From Octopus vulgaris (lineage: Eukaryota): 64,000 nt of DNA. The notes under the pieces are model-generated. The model was not told the origin of the DNA and ran no database searches. It was given only the letters and a program-made list of their open reading frames with translations. Shown piece after piece: positions 1-13,800 of the stretch. Made by a program: the position numbers and the translations under genes. The stretch covers positions 56,296,001-56,360,000 of the forward strand of contig OX597824.1 in assembly GCA_951406725.2 (NCBI GenBank), given 5' to 3'. The stretch's first letter is position 1, and each line of letters starts with the position of its first letter.

Positions 1-573
1 GGGGCATGCTGAATCACTTCGTTCTGACACAAGTTCAGAGAAAGACAACAACGAACTAAAATCAAAGAGCAAAATGAATAAACTTTCGGTACTTGTCAAT
101 TGTCGTGGTCCCGGTTTTGCACACGCGAATTCGCGCGCGCGCGCGTCAGACATAGGTACTCGAGATCCTACGAGGTGACTTGCGCATGCGCAGTGCAGAA
201 TTCGCGCGTGCGCGTTAACCCCTCCCCCTAAAAAAAAAGGTGTTGGATTTCACTAAAAATATATATGTGTGTGTGTGTGTGTGTGTATATAACATTTTCA
301 ATTTTACACAAAAAAATTACATAGTCGCTTTCCTCGCGGATTTACAGAGAAATGAATTAATTACTATTTTACAGAATAAAATTAATGAATTAATTATATA
401 AATTAAATAATTCTTGAAAATTAATTAATATTAATAATATGTTTTGAACAAAGTAAATAATTTATAAAACTTGGTTAATAATTTTTTTACACAAACGCGA
501 ACGTATATAATTTGTGAAACTTTTTTTTTTACAGACGTATATAATTTGGTAAACTTAATGAATTAATTTCTTC

Positions 574-950
574 TCATCATCATCATCGTTTAACGTCCGT
601 TCTCCATGCCAGCATGGGTTGGACGGTTCGACCGGGGATCTGGGAAGCCAGAAGGCTGCACCAGACTCCAGTCTTATCTGGCAATGTTTCTACAGCTGGA
701 TGCCCTTCCTAACGCCAACCACTCCGAGAGTGTAGTGGGTGCTTTTTACATGCCACCCGCACAGGTGCCAGGCGAGGCTGGCAACGGCCACGATTCGGAT
801 AGTGCTTTTTACGTACCACCAGTCCAGGGGTCCTGGCATTTGCCGGGTGTCACACTTGCCCCAACATGTCTTCGCAAGCAAAGGGGGTTGGCATGGGTGC
901 CTGTCGTGGGATGAGGTTCGATATCAACTTCGCTTGCCTCAACAGGTCTT
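574..950 (-). mobile_element. SINE with (GAT)n tail (RTE-type 3' end), inside left foldback arm
   Basis: GC-rich island in an AT-rich arm with a (CAT)n tail and TGGATGCCCTTCCTAACGCC motif. The same motifs recur at ~52690-52800 and 55488-55530. Confidence 0.65.
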
Positions 951-1390
951 TGTGTATAAATGTATAAATTTTTCGCACTAAATTCTTTCCGTAGAATTTA
1001 TCAAAAAACGCGCAAAATTATTCCGTAGACTTTATCAAATTAAAAAACGCAAAATTAATATATTTTTTGAAATTGCAAATTATTTAGAATATAAAACAAA
1101 TTAAGTTAAATTTTAAAAATAAATGTCATATACTTATACTCTGTAAGGTGCTGTGTTCACACTTCAATTTACTATTTTCTAGAAATGTTGCTTTTCTAAT
1201 TGAAACAATTTTTCTCAATCTCCATTCAAAAGTCCATAATGCCTCTTGAGCCATATCAAAATGAACAACTTTGAATTACCCGGTGGTGGTGGTGGTGTGA
1301 GGTTCTAATTTTTTTTCTGATCTCTCTTTGCCCCCCCCCTAGATGGAGGTGTGGTGGGGAGACAGATGAAAGATGTTTCATTCTCTACTA

Positions 1391-1445
<55 letters not shown>

Positions 1446-2031
1446 CTTAAACCTACACGATATAGTCTATAAATTTGGGATGTTTTTGAAAGATAATATA
1501 TTTTGTCATCAGAATATATATACTTTCTCACACTACAATTAAGATATATTTATTTTAAATCGTTCATCTTTTCCCGCGACAACAAAAATTGGGCGCGAAA
1601 ATTTTTCTAAATATTAGCTGAATGAACAACTGAGATAAAGAGGGGGCAAAGAGAGATCAGAAAAAAATTAGAACCTCACACCACCACCACCACCACCACC
1701 GGGTAATTCAAAGTTGTTCATTTTGATATGGCTCAAGAGGCATTATGGACTTTTAAATGGAGATTGAGAAAAATTGTTTCAATTAGAAAAGCAACATTTC
1801 TAGAAAATAGTAAATTGAAGTGTGAACACAGCACCTTACAGAGTATAAGTATATGACATTTATTTTTAAAATTTAACTTAATTTGTTTTATATTCTAAAT
1901 AATTTGCAATTTCAAAAAATATATTAATTTTGCGTTTTTAAATTTGATAAAGTCTACGGAATAATTTTGCGCGTCTTTTGATAAATTCTACGGAAAGAAT
2001 TTAGTGCGAAAAATTTATACATTTATACACA

Positions 2032-2449
2032 AAGACCTGTTGAGGCAAGCGAAGTTGATATCGAACCTCATCCCACGACAGGCACCCATGCCAACCCCCT
2101 TTGCTTGCGAAGACATGTTGGGGCAAGTGTGACACCCGGCAAATGCCAGGACCCCTGGACTGGTGGTACGTAAAAAGCACTATCCGAATCGTGGCCGATG
2201 CCAGAGCCGCCTCGACTGGCACCAATCCGACCGTGGCCGTTGCCAGCCTCGCCTGGCACCTGTGCGGGTGGCATGTAAAAAGCACCCACTACACTCTCGG
2301 AGTGGTTGGCGTTAGGAAGGGCATCCAGCTGTAGAAACATTGCCAGATAAGACTGGAGTCTGGTGCAGCCTTCTGGCTTCCCAGATCCCCGGTCGAACCG
2401 TCCAACCCATGCTGGCATGGAGAACGGACGTTAAACGATGATGATGATG
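2032..2449 (+). mobile_element. Same SINE mirrored in right foldback arm, 42 bp longer
   Basis: Reverse complement of 574-950, ending GGACGTTAAACGATGATGATGATGA. Confidence 0.65.
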
Positions 2450-3573
2450 AGAAGAAATTAATTCATTAAGTTTACCAAATTATATACGTCTGTAAAAAAA
2501 AAAGTTTCACAAATTATATACGTTCGCGTTTGTGTAAAAAAAATTATTAACCAAGTTTTATAAATTATTTACTTTGTTCAAAAAATATTATTAATATTAA
2601 TTAATTTTCAAGAATTATTTAATTTATATAATTAATTCATTAATTTTATTCTGTAAAATAGTAATTAATTCATTTCTCTGTAAATCCGCGAGGAAAGCGA
2701 CTATGTAATTTTTTTGTGTAAAATTGAAAATGTTATATACACACACACACACACACATATATATTTTTAGTGAAATCCAACACCTTTTTTTTTAGGGGGG
2801 TTTAACGCGCACGCGCGAATTCTGCACTGCGCATGCGCAAGTCACCTCGTAGGATCTCGAGTATCGAGTACCTACGTCTGACGCGCGCGCGCGCGCGAAT
2901 TCGCGTGTGCAAAACCGGGACCACGACAATTGACAAGTACCCCTCCGGTACTACTTAAATACAGAGGTCCCTTAATGGTACTACTTAAATACAAATGTCC
3001 TGACGCATATATGTACTCTAACCCTAACCCTAAAACTAACTAAAAACATATTGTTATGTAGACGCATAGGGAACCTCTGTATTTAAGCGGGATTTAAATT
3101 ATCAGGTTACTTTCAACTTATTTTTCTCACTCTTCAAACGAAAGGACATGGAAGGGCTATGTAAACGTGCGATAATAAACAAATCAGTAACAAACGGCAA
3201 CTTCGAGAACAAAAACAACAAAAGTCAAATGGACATACACAGTGAATATATTAGTTTGAGGCACAGTAAAAGTTCAGATGGACAAGTAAAAGTAAAAACG
3301 TGATGTATGAAGTATGGCTCTTGGTCTGATAATGGAAGAAAGTCCAGTGACGAGGAAAAGAAGGAAGAAATGGATAGTCTGGAGAAAAGCATGTGGGTTT
3401 CCACATGGTCAAGATATTCGTGCTTTTCTATCTATATGCATATAGAAGTAGTTTGCTCCTATTCACAGTTTGACCACTTATTAAAGTACTTTTTCTGTGC
3501 ATGAGCACAGAAATAACTTTTAAGTCCTGGGAACTTGTGGTAAAATAGCTTATTTGCAATGGGTCACATAGGT

Positions 3574-3826
3574 CAGTGCTTCTCAAACTATATGATGTGG
3601 TGTACTGGCAGTTTTTTTCCAATGTGCCAGGGACCAGTAATATTTCTTAGTAATATTAATTTATACTGGAAATGAATATAATAAAAGTTAACAAGTTAAA
3701 AGTTTATCTTATATTTATTTTGTAAACAAATAATACAATATTACATAAGCATTTTATAATGTTTCTTTTCTGTAGACTCACCATGTACTGGCACTGGTCC
3801 ACAGACCACCACTTTGAGTAGCACTG
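3574..3826. mobile_element. hAT (Charlie-like) MITE
   Basis: TIRs CAGTGCTTCTCAAA / TTTGAGTAGCACTG. 8-bp TSD ACATAGGT / GCATAGGT with central TA, typical of hAT-Charlie. Confidence 0.8.
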
Positions 3827-5569
3827 GCATAGGTGAGTTGGTTTTCATTGTTGCTGTGGTATTTGATGTAAGATTACTATGAATTAAACTGGGCTGTGTG
3901 TTTTGTAAATAGAAACGAAACTTACAAACATTTTATAATCTATTTATTTAAACATTTCATAATCTATCTATTTAAAGAAATGTGGTACACATAAACACAT
4001 GGGTTTTCAGATACTATTAAAGAAACTCGGAATATAGGGATTGACTTTCATAGTGTCTAAATTCTACAGTCATTAAGAATTTGTTCTGAAAACTGGAGCA
4101 AGTTGGTCTTCAATCAAAACCTGAGTTTAGCCAAATCTACTTGTATTTCTGGTTTGCTTTGGGAAAGAGTGAAGTAATGTGTTTTTAACTGTGTTTACTC
4201 AGTTATTAGTTATCTTAGAGAGAGAGACAAGATGTTAGTTTGCTGAAATGTGCTAAAGTTCTGCTCTTAATTTTTGGTGGCTTATGGTGAGATGTGTGTT
4301 CTCTGTGGTGGTCTTGAACCTCTGTAAAGATTTTTAGCATCAAACTGCTTATGACTAGAGAAAAGGGTGTATATCTCAAGGACATTTGAGATGATGCTCT
4401 GAGGTGTGATCTGGAAATCGATTGATTGATAAGTAGAATAGACGTGAAACACACATGGTTCACTCATGACCTTGACTTATAATATAGAGAAAGGGGTTCA
4501 AATCCTAGGTCTTGCTACAGAGAGTCTCTTCCTTGTAAGAAAGCTCTAAATGATGACTGGAACAACAAAATAGTACAAAATTTACATACTAATAACGGAA
4601 TGCAATTATATGTGCAAAGCATGAACAAAGTTTAAATGATGTCATAATATTCATATTCATTGTCAATAAGTGGCGGGAAAAATATATATTTTAACCATAT
4701 ACAATAGAAATGTAGTAGAAAATTATTACTGTTATTATATACAACTATCATAGATACACAAATAGTTCGGTTTTTGTAACAATTTAAATGTAGTAGGTTT
4801 GTGCATACTTAATTAGTTCATGTTTCTAGAGGTGACTAAAGAAACATAGCACGTCAGGCACTGTGGTCGTGTATGATTGCCGTGTTCAAGCAAGGGCACA
4901 AAACTGCAACAGACATGAACAACTTGACTGAAGTGAGTTTGCATAGATGATAGTGGTTAATGGGTGTACATGCACACATACACATGCACCCCACCCCCAT
5001 GTATGCTAAATGGGTTGAAACAATTCTAGTGATCAATAAGCATTCTCATATCTTCCATCTTCCGTCTCTCTCATTAATCAAATACCTATCTGCCTAATTA
5101 CCTACCTACCTACATACCTACCTATTGTTTGTAGAAAACATAAATCTGGAGGAGAAGCACATTCTAAGATGTATTTCACTGGAGAAGGCTAGTTTATGGG
5201 ATTAACCTGACTTTCCTGACCATAAAGGGTTTAACTTTATGGTGTATCATCAGACCCCAAAACCTACTGGCCTAAGATCTCTTCAGCCAATGGCAAAGGG
5301 AGATCCCTTTGCCATTGGCTATTAGCTATCAACTTCTGGCTGTCGCCAAAAACCTATGAGAGTAAACAGCAAGGGATTATCTCCCTTCGCCATTGGCTAT
5401 CGACTCTGGCTGTGCTGCCATCTTACGGATTCCAAAACGCCATCAAGAATTTCCTAAAATGCAAACATGGACCGAAAATCTCTGTTCTGGAGTTAAGGAT
5501 GCTCCCTGGCTAGGATTCTTGCACATTCAGCTATGCATAACTTGCAGCGCTTCATCCCATTAATGTAGA

Positions 5570-5821
5570 GGCCTGGGATTTTGAGGATTTTCCATGAGAT
5601 CAAGTGTAAGATTCCATTGTCTCTTAGTTTTCAGACATGACTGGCCAGTGATGTTATGTATCTCTTTTCTGGGAGCCTGAAGGAGGATTTATAGTTGGAA
5701 ATGCATTGCTTGAAAGAATTCCCAGTACATCCAATGCATTTCTGTGGTTGCACGTTGTTGCAACAAAGAGATGACAAAATGCCATGCTTGAGCTCAAGGA
5801 AAATCCTCGGAAACCCAGGCC
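5570..5821. mobile_element. Degenerate MITE-like element with ~29-bp inverted termini
   Basis: GGCCTGGGATTTTGAGGATTTTCCATGAG pairs with CTCAAGGAAAATCCTCGGAAACCCAGGCC with a few mismatches. No clear TSD. Confidence 0.45.
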
Positions 5822-6060
5822 CTGTAAGGGATGTTTGTCAATTTTTCAATTAATAAATGATCGTTTATTAATTATCTGTCTCTATTTTTATCTTATAATA
5901 AATTCATATATATAGATCACAGTTTATATAGTTACCTTGCAGTTGACTATTAACTGTAATGTTCAACATTTTTTCTATAGGTAATTAACCAGTACTTTCA
6001 TAGGATTTTGCTATCCCTTAATAAGGATTGTAACATTTATTTGTATATATATAGGAGTAA

Positions 6061-6248
6061 GTCGCCATGATAGATCGTTAGCCACTACACACATTTTTTT
6101 CACTTCTTGTTTTTTCTGTGTCCCTTTCTGTAGAAGAGCGTAGGCTCGAAACGTAAAAGACTTTTTCTATTCCTGAGCGTTATACTAATACATCTGTTTG
6201 TCTTGTACACCACCTGTCTTCGTCTTTTGTTTTTTTCGTAAACTCCCC

Positions 6249-6250
<2 letters not shown>
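6061..6250 (+). mobile_element. Solo Penelope-type terminal repeat fragment with a hammerhead-like motif
   Basis: Homologous to the reverse complement of 41470-41680 (TCGCCATG..CGTTAGC; GAAGAGCGTAGGCTCGAAACGT). Flanked by TA repeats. Confidence 0.6.
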
Positions 6251-6277
<27 letters not shown>

Positions 6278-6280
<3 letters not shown>

Positions 6281-7091
6281 GCTTAAGGTGACCTGCTCTA
6301 CACACAGGTGAGGGTTACTTTCTGTTGCTTCCTTTCTGTTTCTTATCACCACATTCTCCCTCTTTGTTTCTCCTTTCTCTCTCATTTCCCACTGTCTTAC
6401 TCTTCCTTTCTCTTACTCTCTATCTTTCTCTATCTCTCTCCCATTTATAAAAAACAAAATATCTTGAGTAAGTTGAGAGAGAAATTTTGAAAGATCAATC
6501 ATAAATATCAGGCAGTGACAACGGAAAGCACACTTGCCTTTTGTACGTGCCACTATCTAAGTGATTAAAAATAAGGAAAAAAAGGATTTCTTTATTAAAT
6601 TTAGTACTTATTTTGGGAATTTTTCGACGATTGACCATGCAAATGAAAGCTCTAAACACGGGCTACATGCAGCCGTAAATTTCTTTCAGAAAAAATAAAA
6701 ACTGTAAACAATAAAGATAAAAGGCAAAAATACGTAAAAATGAGAAATTTTTTCAACTTCAAAACTCTTGCCTTAATTTTCAAAATTTTGAACCCATTTT
6801 CCGTGGTTAAATTACTAATCCGCTTCCACTTTACCATGTTGAAAATTTAATTGAATTTGGACAAAAGGTGTCCAGTCAAGACCCCCAAGTGTCCCCAAAA
6901 ATCAATAAAATCCCTATTTTCACAACAAAGCAACCACTGTAGCACCCCAAAACGCCTCCCAATCAATTTCTCACCTCAAGTTACCCCCTCCTGTAAATTT
7001 TAATCCCCTTCCAGCCCCATTTGACCCCTTTTTGCATAAAAATCCAATTTGTATTAACGTTTGCCTTCTTCATTTTATAGATTAGATTAGA
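6278..7091 (-). mobile_element. Non-autonomous Helitron
   Basis: Minus strand begins TCTAATCTAATCTATAAAATG and ends with an imperfect subterminal hairpin plus CTAG. Related copies at 7336-7590 and from 7591. Confidence 0.6.
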
Positions 7092-7335
7092 TGCCCATCG
7101 CGCCAATCTGGAGGGGCCTAGAGCCCCCTTGAATCGATAAAAAAATCACTCTTCCCACCATAGCAACCGCATCTTTCCAGATGGCGAGTTTTAACCTACT
7201 CAACTCTCTGCCTCATCACGCCTTCTATGTCTGTGTCAATTTTCAGCTCGATCCAACCACTGGTCTAGCTGTCAACCTCTGACGTAGCAAAATGTGCACA
7301 CAATTTTGACCCAAAGCCTCTTTTATATATATAGA

Positions 7336-7590
7336 CTAGCTTAAGGTGACCCGCTCTATGCGCGAGTGTGGATGTGGTTGTTACTTTCTGTTGCCTCCTT
7401 TCTGTTTCTTAAATCTTGCTTTAATTTTCAAAATTTCGAACCCATTTTCTGCTCTTACATTACAAATCCGCTTCCACTTTACCATGTTGAAAATTTGATT
7501 GAAATTGGGCAAAAGGTGTCCAGTTTAGACCCCCAGGTGTCCCCAAAAATCAATAAAATCCCCGTTGCCTTCTTCATTTTATAGATTAGA
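7336..7590 (-). mobile_element. Short non-autonomous Helitron in tandem array
   Basis: TC...CTAG termini on the minus strand. Directly abuts neighbours via CTAG|TC junctions at 7335/7336 and 7590/7591. Confidence 0.6.
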
Positions 7591-7837
7591 CTAGCTTAAG
7601 GTAACCAGCTCTACATGTAGGTGAAGTTGTGGTTGTTACTTTCTGTTGCTTCCTTTCTGTTTCTTATCGCCACATTCTCTTGTTTCTCTCTCCTTTCTCA
7701 CTTTCCCAATCTCTTACTCTTCCTTTCTTTCGGACACTCCCTCGCTTCCTCTTACTTTTTATGTTTCTCTATCTATCTCTCTCCCATTTATAAATAATTA
7801 GATTTCCGTGTTTAAATTACAAATCCGCTTCCACCTC

Positions 7838-8042
7838 GCATTCAATTCTTACACCATTCTACGAGGGGGTAGGAACCCCTTTACACGGCTTTCTATACAC
7901 TTGCAAATACATTCATTCGCCGTAAACTTACATCAATATTTGCCTGAATAATCATCATAATTCAGTGCAATCATTAACAGTACTTTCAAGCAATTCAGCC
8001 CCGAGTATCGCCGGGCAATTCTGCTAGTTTATATATATGTGC

Positions 8043-8077
<35 letters not shown>

Positions 8078-8984
8078 GTGTATACATATATATATATGTG
8101 TGTGTGTATATATATATAAAGTGTATATATTTGGATATATGTTTGTAGGCAAATATTGATGTAAGTTTACGGCGAATGAATGTATTTGCAAGTGTATAGA
8201 AAGCCGTGTTCCTACCCCCTCGTAGAATGGTGTAAGAATTGAATGCGAGGTTGCCTTGAAAAGAGCCATGTTATTGTTCTCATAATTGTGAGAATTTGAT
8301 AGTTGTGGAAGGCGGTGTAAAACGTTCGCAGGTGAATAGGGTCTCTTCGTTTAAAATTTGATTGAAATCAGGCAAAAGGTGTCCGATCTAGACCCCCAAG
8401 TGTCCCCCCAAATCAATAAAATCCCAGTTTTCACACCAAAGCAACTACTGTAGCACCTCAAAACGTCTCGCAATCAATTTCCCACTTCAAGTTACGCCCT
8501 CCTGTAAATTTTAATCTCCTTCGAGCCCCATTTAGACACCTTTTTACATAAAAATCTAATTTGTATCAATGTTCGCCTTCTTCATTTTATAGATTAGACA
8601 GATATACCAGGCCTTGCTCGGGATTAATAGTTTATTATCATTTTACTTGTTTCGGCATTATAACCTGATTTCATTCGGGTGTATGTGGGTCACATTTTAA
8701 ATGATGAGGAATTTTGCCCTAGAGGCAATGCCTTTCAATTGAGCAAACTCAATGTTGCCATGCAAACTCACTAGCACTTTTAACAGAGGTATGCATATTT
8801 TCAGCTGAATCTGATCACATATGCATAGATTATATATATATATATATACACACACATTAAATATGTATATATGCATTATATATACATGTCTACACACATA
8901 TATATATATATATCTACAAACATATATCCAAATATATACACTTTATATATATATACACACACACATATATATATATGTATACAC

Positions 8985-9019
<35 letters not shown>

Positions 9020-9329
9020 GCACATATATATAAACTAGCAGAATTGCCCGGCGATACTCGGGGCTGAATTGCTTGAAAGTACTGTTAATGATTGCACTGA
9101 ATTATGATGATTATTCAGGCAAATATTGATGTAAGTTTACGGCGAATGAATGTATTTGCAAGTGTATAGAAAGCCGTGTAAAGGGGTTCCTACCCCCTCG
9201 TAGAATGGTGTAAGAATTGAATGCGAGGTTGCCTTGAAAAGAGCCATGTTATTGTTCTCATAATTGTGAGAATTTGATAGTTGTGGAAGGCGGTGTAAAA
9301 CGTTCGCAGGTGAATAGGGTCTCTTCGTT
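7838..9329. repeat. Rearranged Helitron 3'-end module in inverted and direct duplications
   Basis: CCCCGAGTATCGCCGGGCAATTCTGCTAG ends at 8027 (+) and recurs inverted from 9035. 7838-8150 is an inverted copy of ~8920-9230, and ~8147-8352 is a direct copy of ~9117-9329. Confidence 0.7.
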
Positions 9330-9574
9330 TTCCACGAACGGCATCGGATGTGCTGTTACAAAACTTCATGCTGTGTTAAAAGAGAATGGATGCCCTATGT
9401 AGTGGTATGAGGTTGATAGTGTTATGTTGTCTGTACGGAAATAAAAGATCCATATTTTTATCCTTCACTTCGTACACACACACCTTCTTAGCTTACCATT
9501 TGTTTCTTTCAACAATTGACAACTGTAACAAATACACACGTGTGTGTGTGTGTTTGAGTGTTTTTTGTTGTGTT

Positions 9575-9720
9575 TCCTGCGTCGACAATTCATTTCCACC
9601 CAGTTTAGCAATTCTGTCTTCAACGTCAATGAGTGTTTTGTTATAGATTTCATTGCTGATACCCTCCATGTCAGGATAGAGCAGTTGAGCTTTGCGCTGA
9701 AGGGGACAATGTTTTTGAGA
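9575..9720 (-). pseudogene. Helitron Rep/helicase protein remnant
   Basis: Peptide LLYPDMEGISNEIYNKTLIDVEDRIAKLGGNELST resembles, from memory, the RepHel linker between the Rep and Pif1 helicase domains. It lies upstream of a Helitron 3' end at 9035. Confidence 0.5.
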
Positions 9721-12528
9721 TTCCGGTTCGAATGTAAGGCAGGTATGAAAGTTGCCTGTATATATGTACAAAATCCACTGAGAAGGCTTTTGTTGGTCTG
9801 AAGCTACAGCAGAAGACACATGCCAAGTCACCACACAGTGGGACTGAACCCAGGACCATGTGTTTGGAACGTAGTTTGTTACCACACAGCCACACATGCC
9901 CCTATGTATGTGTGTGTGTGTGCGTATGTGTGTATGGGTAGATATATTATGCATGTATATATGTGTATATATATATATGTGTACATATTACATGTACATC
10001 TATATATATACATCTACACATAAGATACAAAATGCAAAGTTATATCTTGATATCACTAGTGATAACAATACTCAAAATATATAACAGACTGGAATTGTAG
10101 GCCCATGTCTTGCAATTAATTGGATCTTGTCCTCCCTCTTCTATAGAAGTGTACGGCTGCAGCGAAATTCATTTTTGGACTTTCTTCTATTGAAAGCATT
10201 TTAACAAAAATGCTTCCGTAAAGACGGTGAAAATATTGTCAGTTTCCCCAAACAGGGACACAATTCAATTTTTAAACAATAACCAAAGCCCCTTCTCCGA
10301 AAGGGGGAGGGTTACGGTTTACAATTATTTAACAAATGCAACACAACAACGTTTCCCTGACGAGGAACCAACAAATGTGATTACAATAGTCAAACAGTAA
10401 TAATAATAACAACAAACCTTTTTAATTTATCCCCATTTATGTGAAACCACTTATTCAAGTTCAAGTCATTGATGCAATTTTAAAGGAGGAGAAAATGTAG
10501 TGGTAATGGAAGGAGTGAAGCACTTGAAATGAGAGTTTCAAGTTCAAGTCATTGATGCAATTTTATACGAATTGCTAATACACACACACACACACACACA
10601 CATAATAAGGGTGAAAAATTGAATATTAATTTGATTAATATGAATTGAAAACCAGTGGTGTAGTATATAAGACCATAGCGGATCTTCCTCTAGCAAAAAG
10701 GATGACCAGTATTAATGGCTCATCCCTGTTATATAAATACTTTCACTTTAATTGTTGCACACTTGAAAAGAGAAAGGAGGAGAAAGTGTAGTGGTAATGG
10801 AAGGAGTGAAGCACTTGAAATGAGAGAGGCAAATCGTAAAATATTGAGTTTTCTCGAATTTTTGCTTAATTGGGGGTGAAATTGAAAAAACTTTACATGC
10901 CATGATCCAATGGAATCTACTTCGAAAAATCATAGGTAAATTCCAATTGAAGAAATTCTATATTGTACAATTGTATAAAAAACGGACGGTTTGGGAGGCA
11001 GAGAAAATCTGCCTTTTATCATAAGAGATTAACTCAATATATCTGATTAATATGTTATGATTGTGTGATGGGGGTGGGCGATAATATGTCACTGTTCTAA
11101 AAGATGGGAATATTTAAACTGTTGTTACTGTCACGCTTTCCCTCTATAGATAGAGGCAGAACTACAGTGAGAAACGTGGTGGAAGAAAGAGTGACAATGA
11201 GACGACAAAGCTGTGAAACATGGTTATAGAGAGAAAGTGCAGATAGACGTACAGAGAGAGAGAGAGAGAGGATGTGGTTGAAAGAGTGACAGCGCTGGTT
11301 AAGGTGGCAGGGGAAGGATAGTGAAAGCTTCAAATGTTGTTATAGAGAGAAAATGAAAGGAAGGGAGGAAAGAGAGAGAGATGGAGGAAGACAGGCAGAT
11401 AAGAGAAAGAGAGAAACGACAAACACTTGTCAAAGTGTGGGGTTTTATTGCCCTAGTAACCACAGCTTTTGATAGTGTTATGTTGTAAATTTTGGAGTGA
11501 ATCCGACCGGATCTAGTGTTATTGAATCCTTGCCAAAGTGTGCAAGTTTTATTCCTCTTTTATATAAGTAGTCTAGCAGTATCGACCAGCGTTGCTCGGG
11601 TTTGTTTCGACCCTTTAGAATTGGAATTTTTGAAAATTAAAAATTTTGCATTGATTGTAAATTTGTATGAAATTGGTTGTGTAGTTCTCAAGTTTTATGA
11701 ATTCACACAGACAGGCAGATATAGCAGAAAACACATGCCAAGTTACCACACAGTGGGACTGAACTGAGGACCATGTGTTTTGGAACGAAGTTTGTTACCA
11801 CACAGCCACATCTGCACCTATGTATGTATGTGTGTGTATAGATGTATGGATGTATATATGTATGCATGTATATATGTGTATCTATATGTGTACATATTAC
11901 ATGTACATCTATATATATATATATATATCTACACATACATGTATATATATATATACATCTATATCTATAGAAATACATCTATACATATTGAGTTATACAT
12001 ATACATCTATATACATAAGTTGATTGCTGAAGTATAAAGACGTGTTTTTACTCCTCTCCGCGTCGGTCAGCAGCAAGCTTCACAGCTACATTCGAAATTG
12101 ACCATCACATATATTCCTGTATATTTGAAACCACGCTTTTTCCCAACTCGTGAGTAGACTTTTCTTTTACCACAAACTATTTTCATAATTTTCAAACGAC
12201 CAAATAAACAAAACCACACACTCGTATGAGAGAGTATTCATTTTTCGTCAACACCTTCTGATAACTAAAGGATCACCCACACATTAAAAATTAGAAAAAG
12301 AGGGGAAAAAAAGAAAAAAAAAGAAAGATAAAATAACTACAAGCTCATAATTCAAATACAAACTTCTCAGTATTACAGCAAACATTCTGTACAATCTATT
12401 CTACATACTTCTCCTTAAAAAAAAATAATTAAAAGTAATCAACAAAACAAACGAACAAAATAAAATTTAATAAAACATATCCACCAGAATGGCTAGCCAC
12501 CAAAAATCCAACAAAAACTGGTCTGATA

Positions 12529-13800
12529 ATGGACGTTCTTATCAACACATGGCATGGCCTTACCCAAACAGAGAGCATAGGTGCTTCGTGTCTGAACGAA
12601 ATTGTTAAACGAACAGTTTACCATTTGCAAACTCGATCTGAACAGCAGATACGAAATAAATTAAAACAAATCGAAGTTGCTTTTAAATTAATAAATAAAC
12701 ACTTCGATAAACTGAGATGTGTTTTCTCTTCCAACGCATCACCGGAGCAACAACAACAACCTCAACAACAAACTCAGCGGCAACAACAACAGCTACAGCA
12801 ACAACAACAACTTCAGCAGCAACAACCTCAGCGGCAACAACAACAACCTCAACAACAAACTCAGCGGCAACAACAACAACAGATACAGCACAGCAACAAC
12901 CTCAGCTGCAACAACAACAGGATGAACCACTCCTTGATTCATCTACAATGGCCGATTTGCTAAATGAAACGATTGACCCCCCCCCCCCCCAGTCATCAGG
13001 GTCACACAGCAGGAAGCACCACCCCTTCCTTTTGCGGGCCCCAGCAGCTCAATCATCATCATTGTCAACACCATCTCCTCTGCTTACTTCTACTAGTACT
13101 ACTCCCACTATGTATCGACAAACATCTTTGTCTACCGCTATCTCATGGAATCAACCTCCTCAATCATTACCACTGTCAACATCTCTTCTACCTACTACTA
13201 CTAATGCTATCTCAAGGAATTTACCTCCTACAGGTCACAAAGGTCGCCAAAACTTCAACAAACTATCATCTACACCTCACAACTCACACACACACACGCA
13301 CCTACACACCCACTCGAAACCCCATCATTTGCCGATATTCTCTTCGACATAGACTGTGCACTGATAGAGACTGCAAATTCACCCATTTACCTGGAACAAA
13401 ACGCTCTAACCCCACAAACTACAACAGCAACCACCATAATACATACTCTATTACAACACCACCACAACCACCAATATCTCAAACAAGGAATCCCCAAATC
13501 TGCCGCTATTCCCAGCGAGACAGATTGTGTTTGCACAGGGATTGCCCCTTTACCCATCTCCCGGGGACTCGTCGGACAAATGGCATTATAAATAAAAATA
13601 AAAGCAAAAAAACCTACAACTCATATAACCACTCATATAAAAATAACCACAACCACAGTCACCTACAGTTCCCTAGACAGGAAACCACCTCTTCTTCCTC
13701 TTTTTTAGCTATAATGAATCTAGCAAAAGAACTGGAAAAAAACATCCGAGCTATCACCCACCACCATCCACCACTATTACCCCACTGCACATGCCATTAA
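12529..13800 (+). pseudogene. Frameshifted LINE ORF1: Myb/SANT-like N-terminus, polyQ, two CCCH zinc fingers
   Basis: RSEQQIRNKLKQI motif; CAA/CAG repeat; CRYSLRHRLCTDRDCKFTH and CRYSQRDRLCLHRDCPFTH. Split over ORFs 12529, 12717 and 12964. Confidence 0.65.

Larger units (their letters stand above)
88..2941. mobile_element. Foldback/palindromic non-autonomous DNA element with ~1.25-kb inverted arms (88-~1335 and ~1642-2941) and a ~300-bp spacer
   Basis: GGTACTTGTCAATTGTCGTGGTCCCGG at 88 is the reverse complement of CCGGGACCACGACAATTGACAAGTACC ending at 2941. The arms align nearly identically throughout, and the ORF track shows mirrored ORFs (606-914 + vs 2068-2418 -). No clear TSD and no transposase. 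Confidence 0.85.

Noticed and set aside
3017-3033. Telomeric TTAGGG repeat
   Set aside because: Only ~2.5 units inside a small inverted-repeat element.
4400-4557. Possible terminal exon on minus strand (acceptor TTTTGTTGTTCCAG)
   Set aside because: Only short peptides with no recognisable homology; cannot be supported.
12745-12920. PolyQ host gene
   Set aside because: Lies within frameshifted LINE ORF1.
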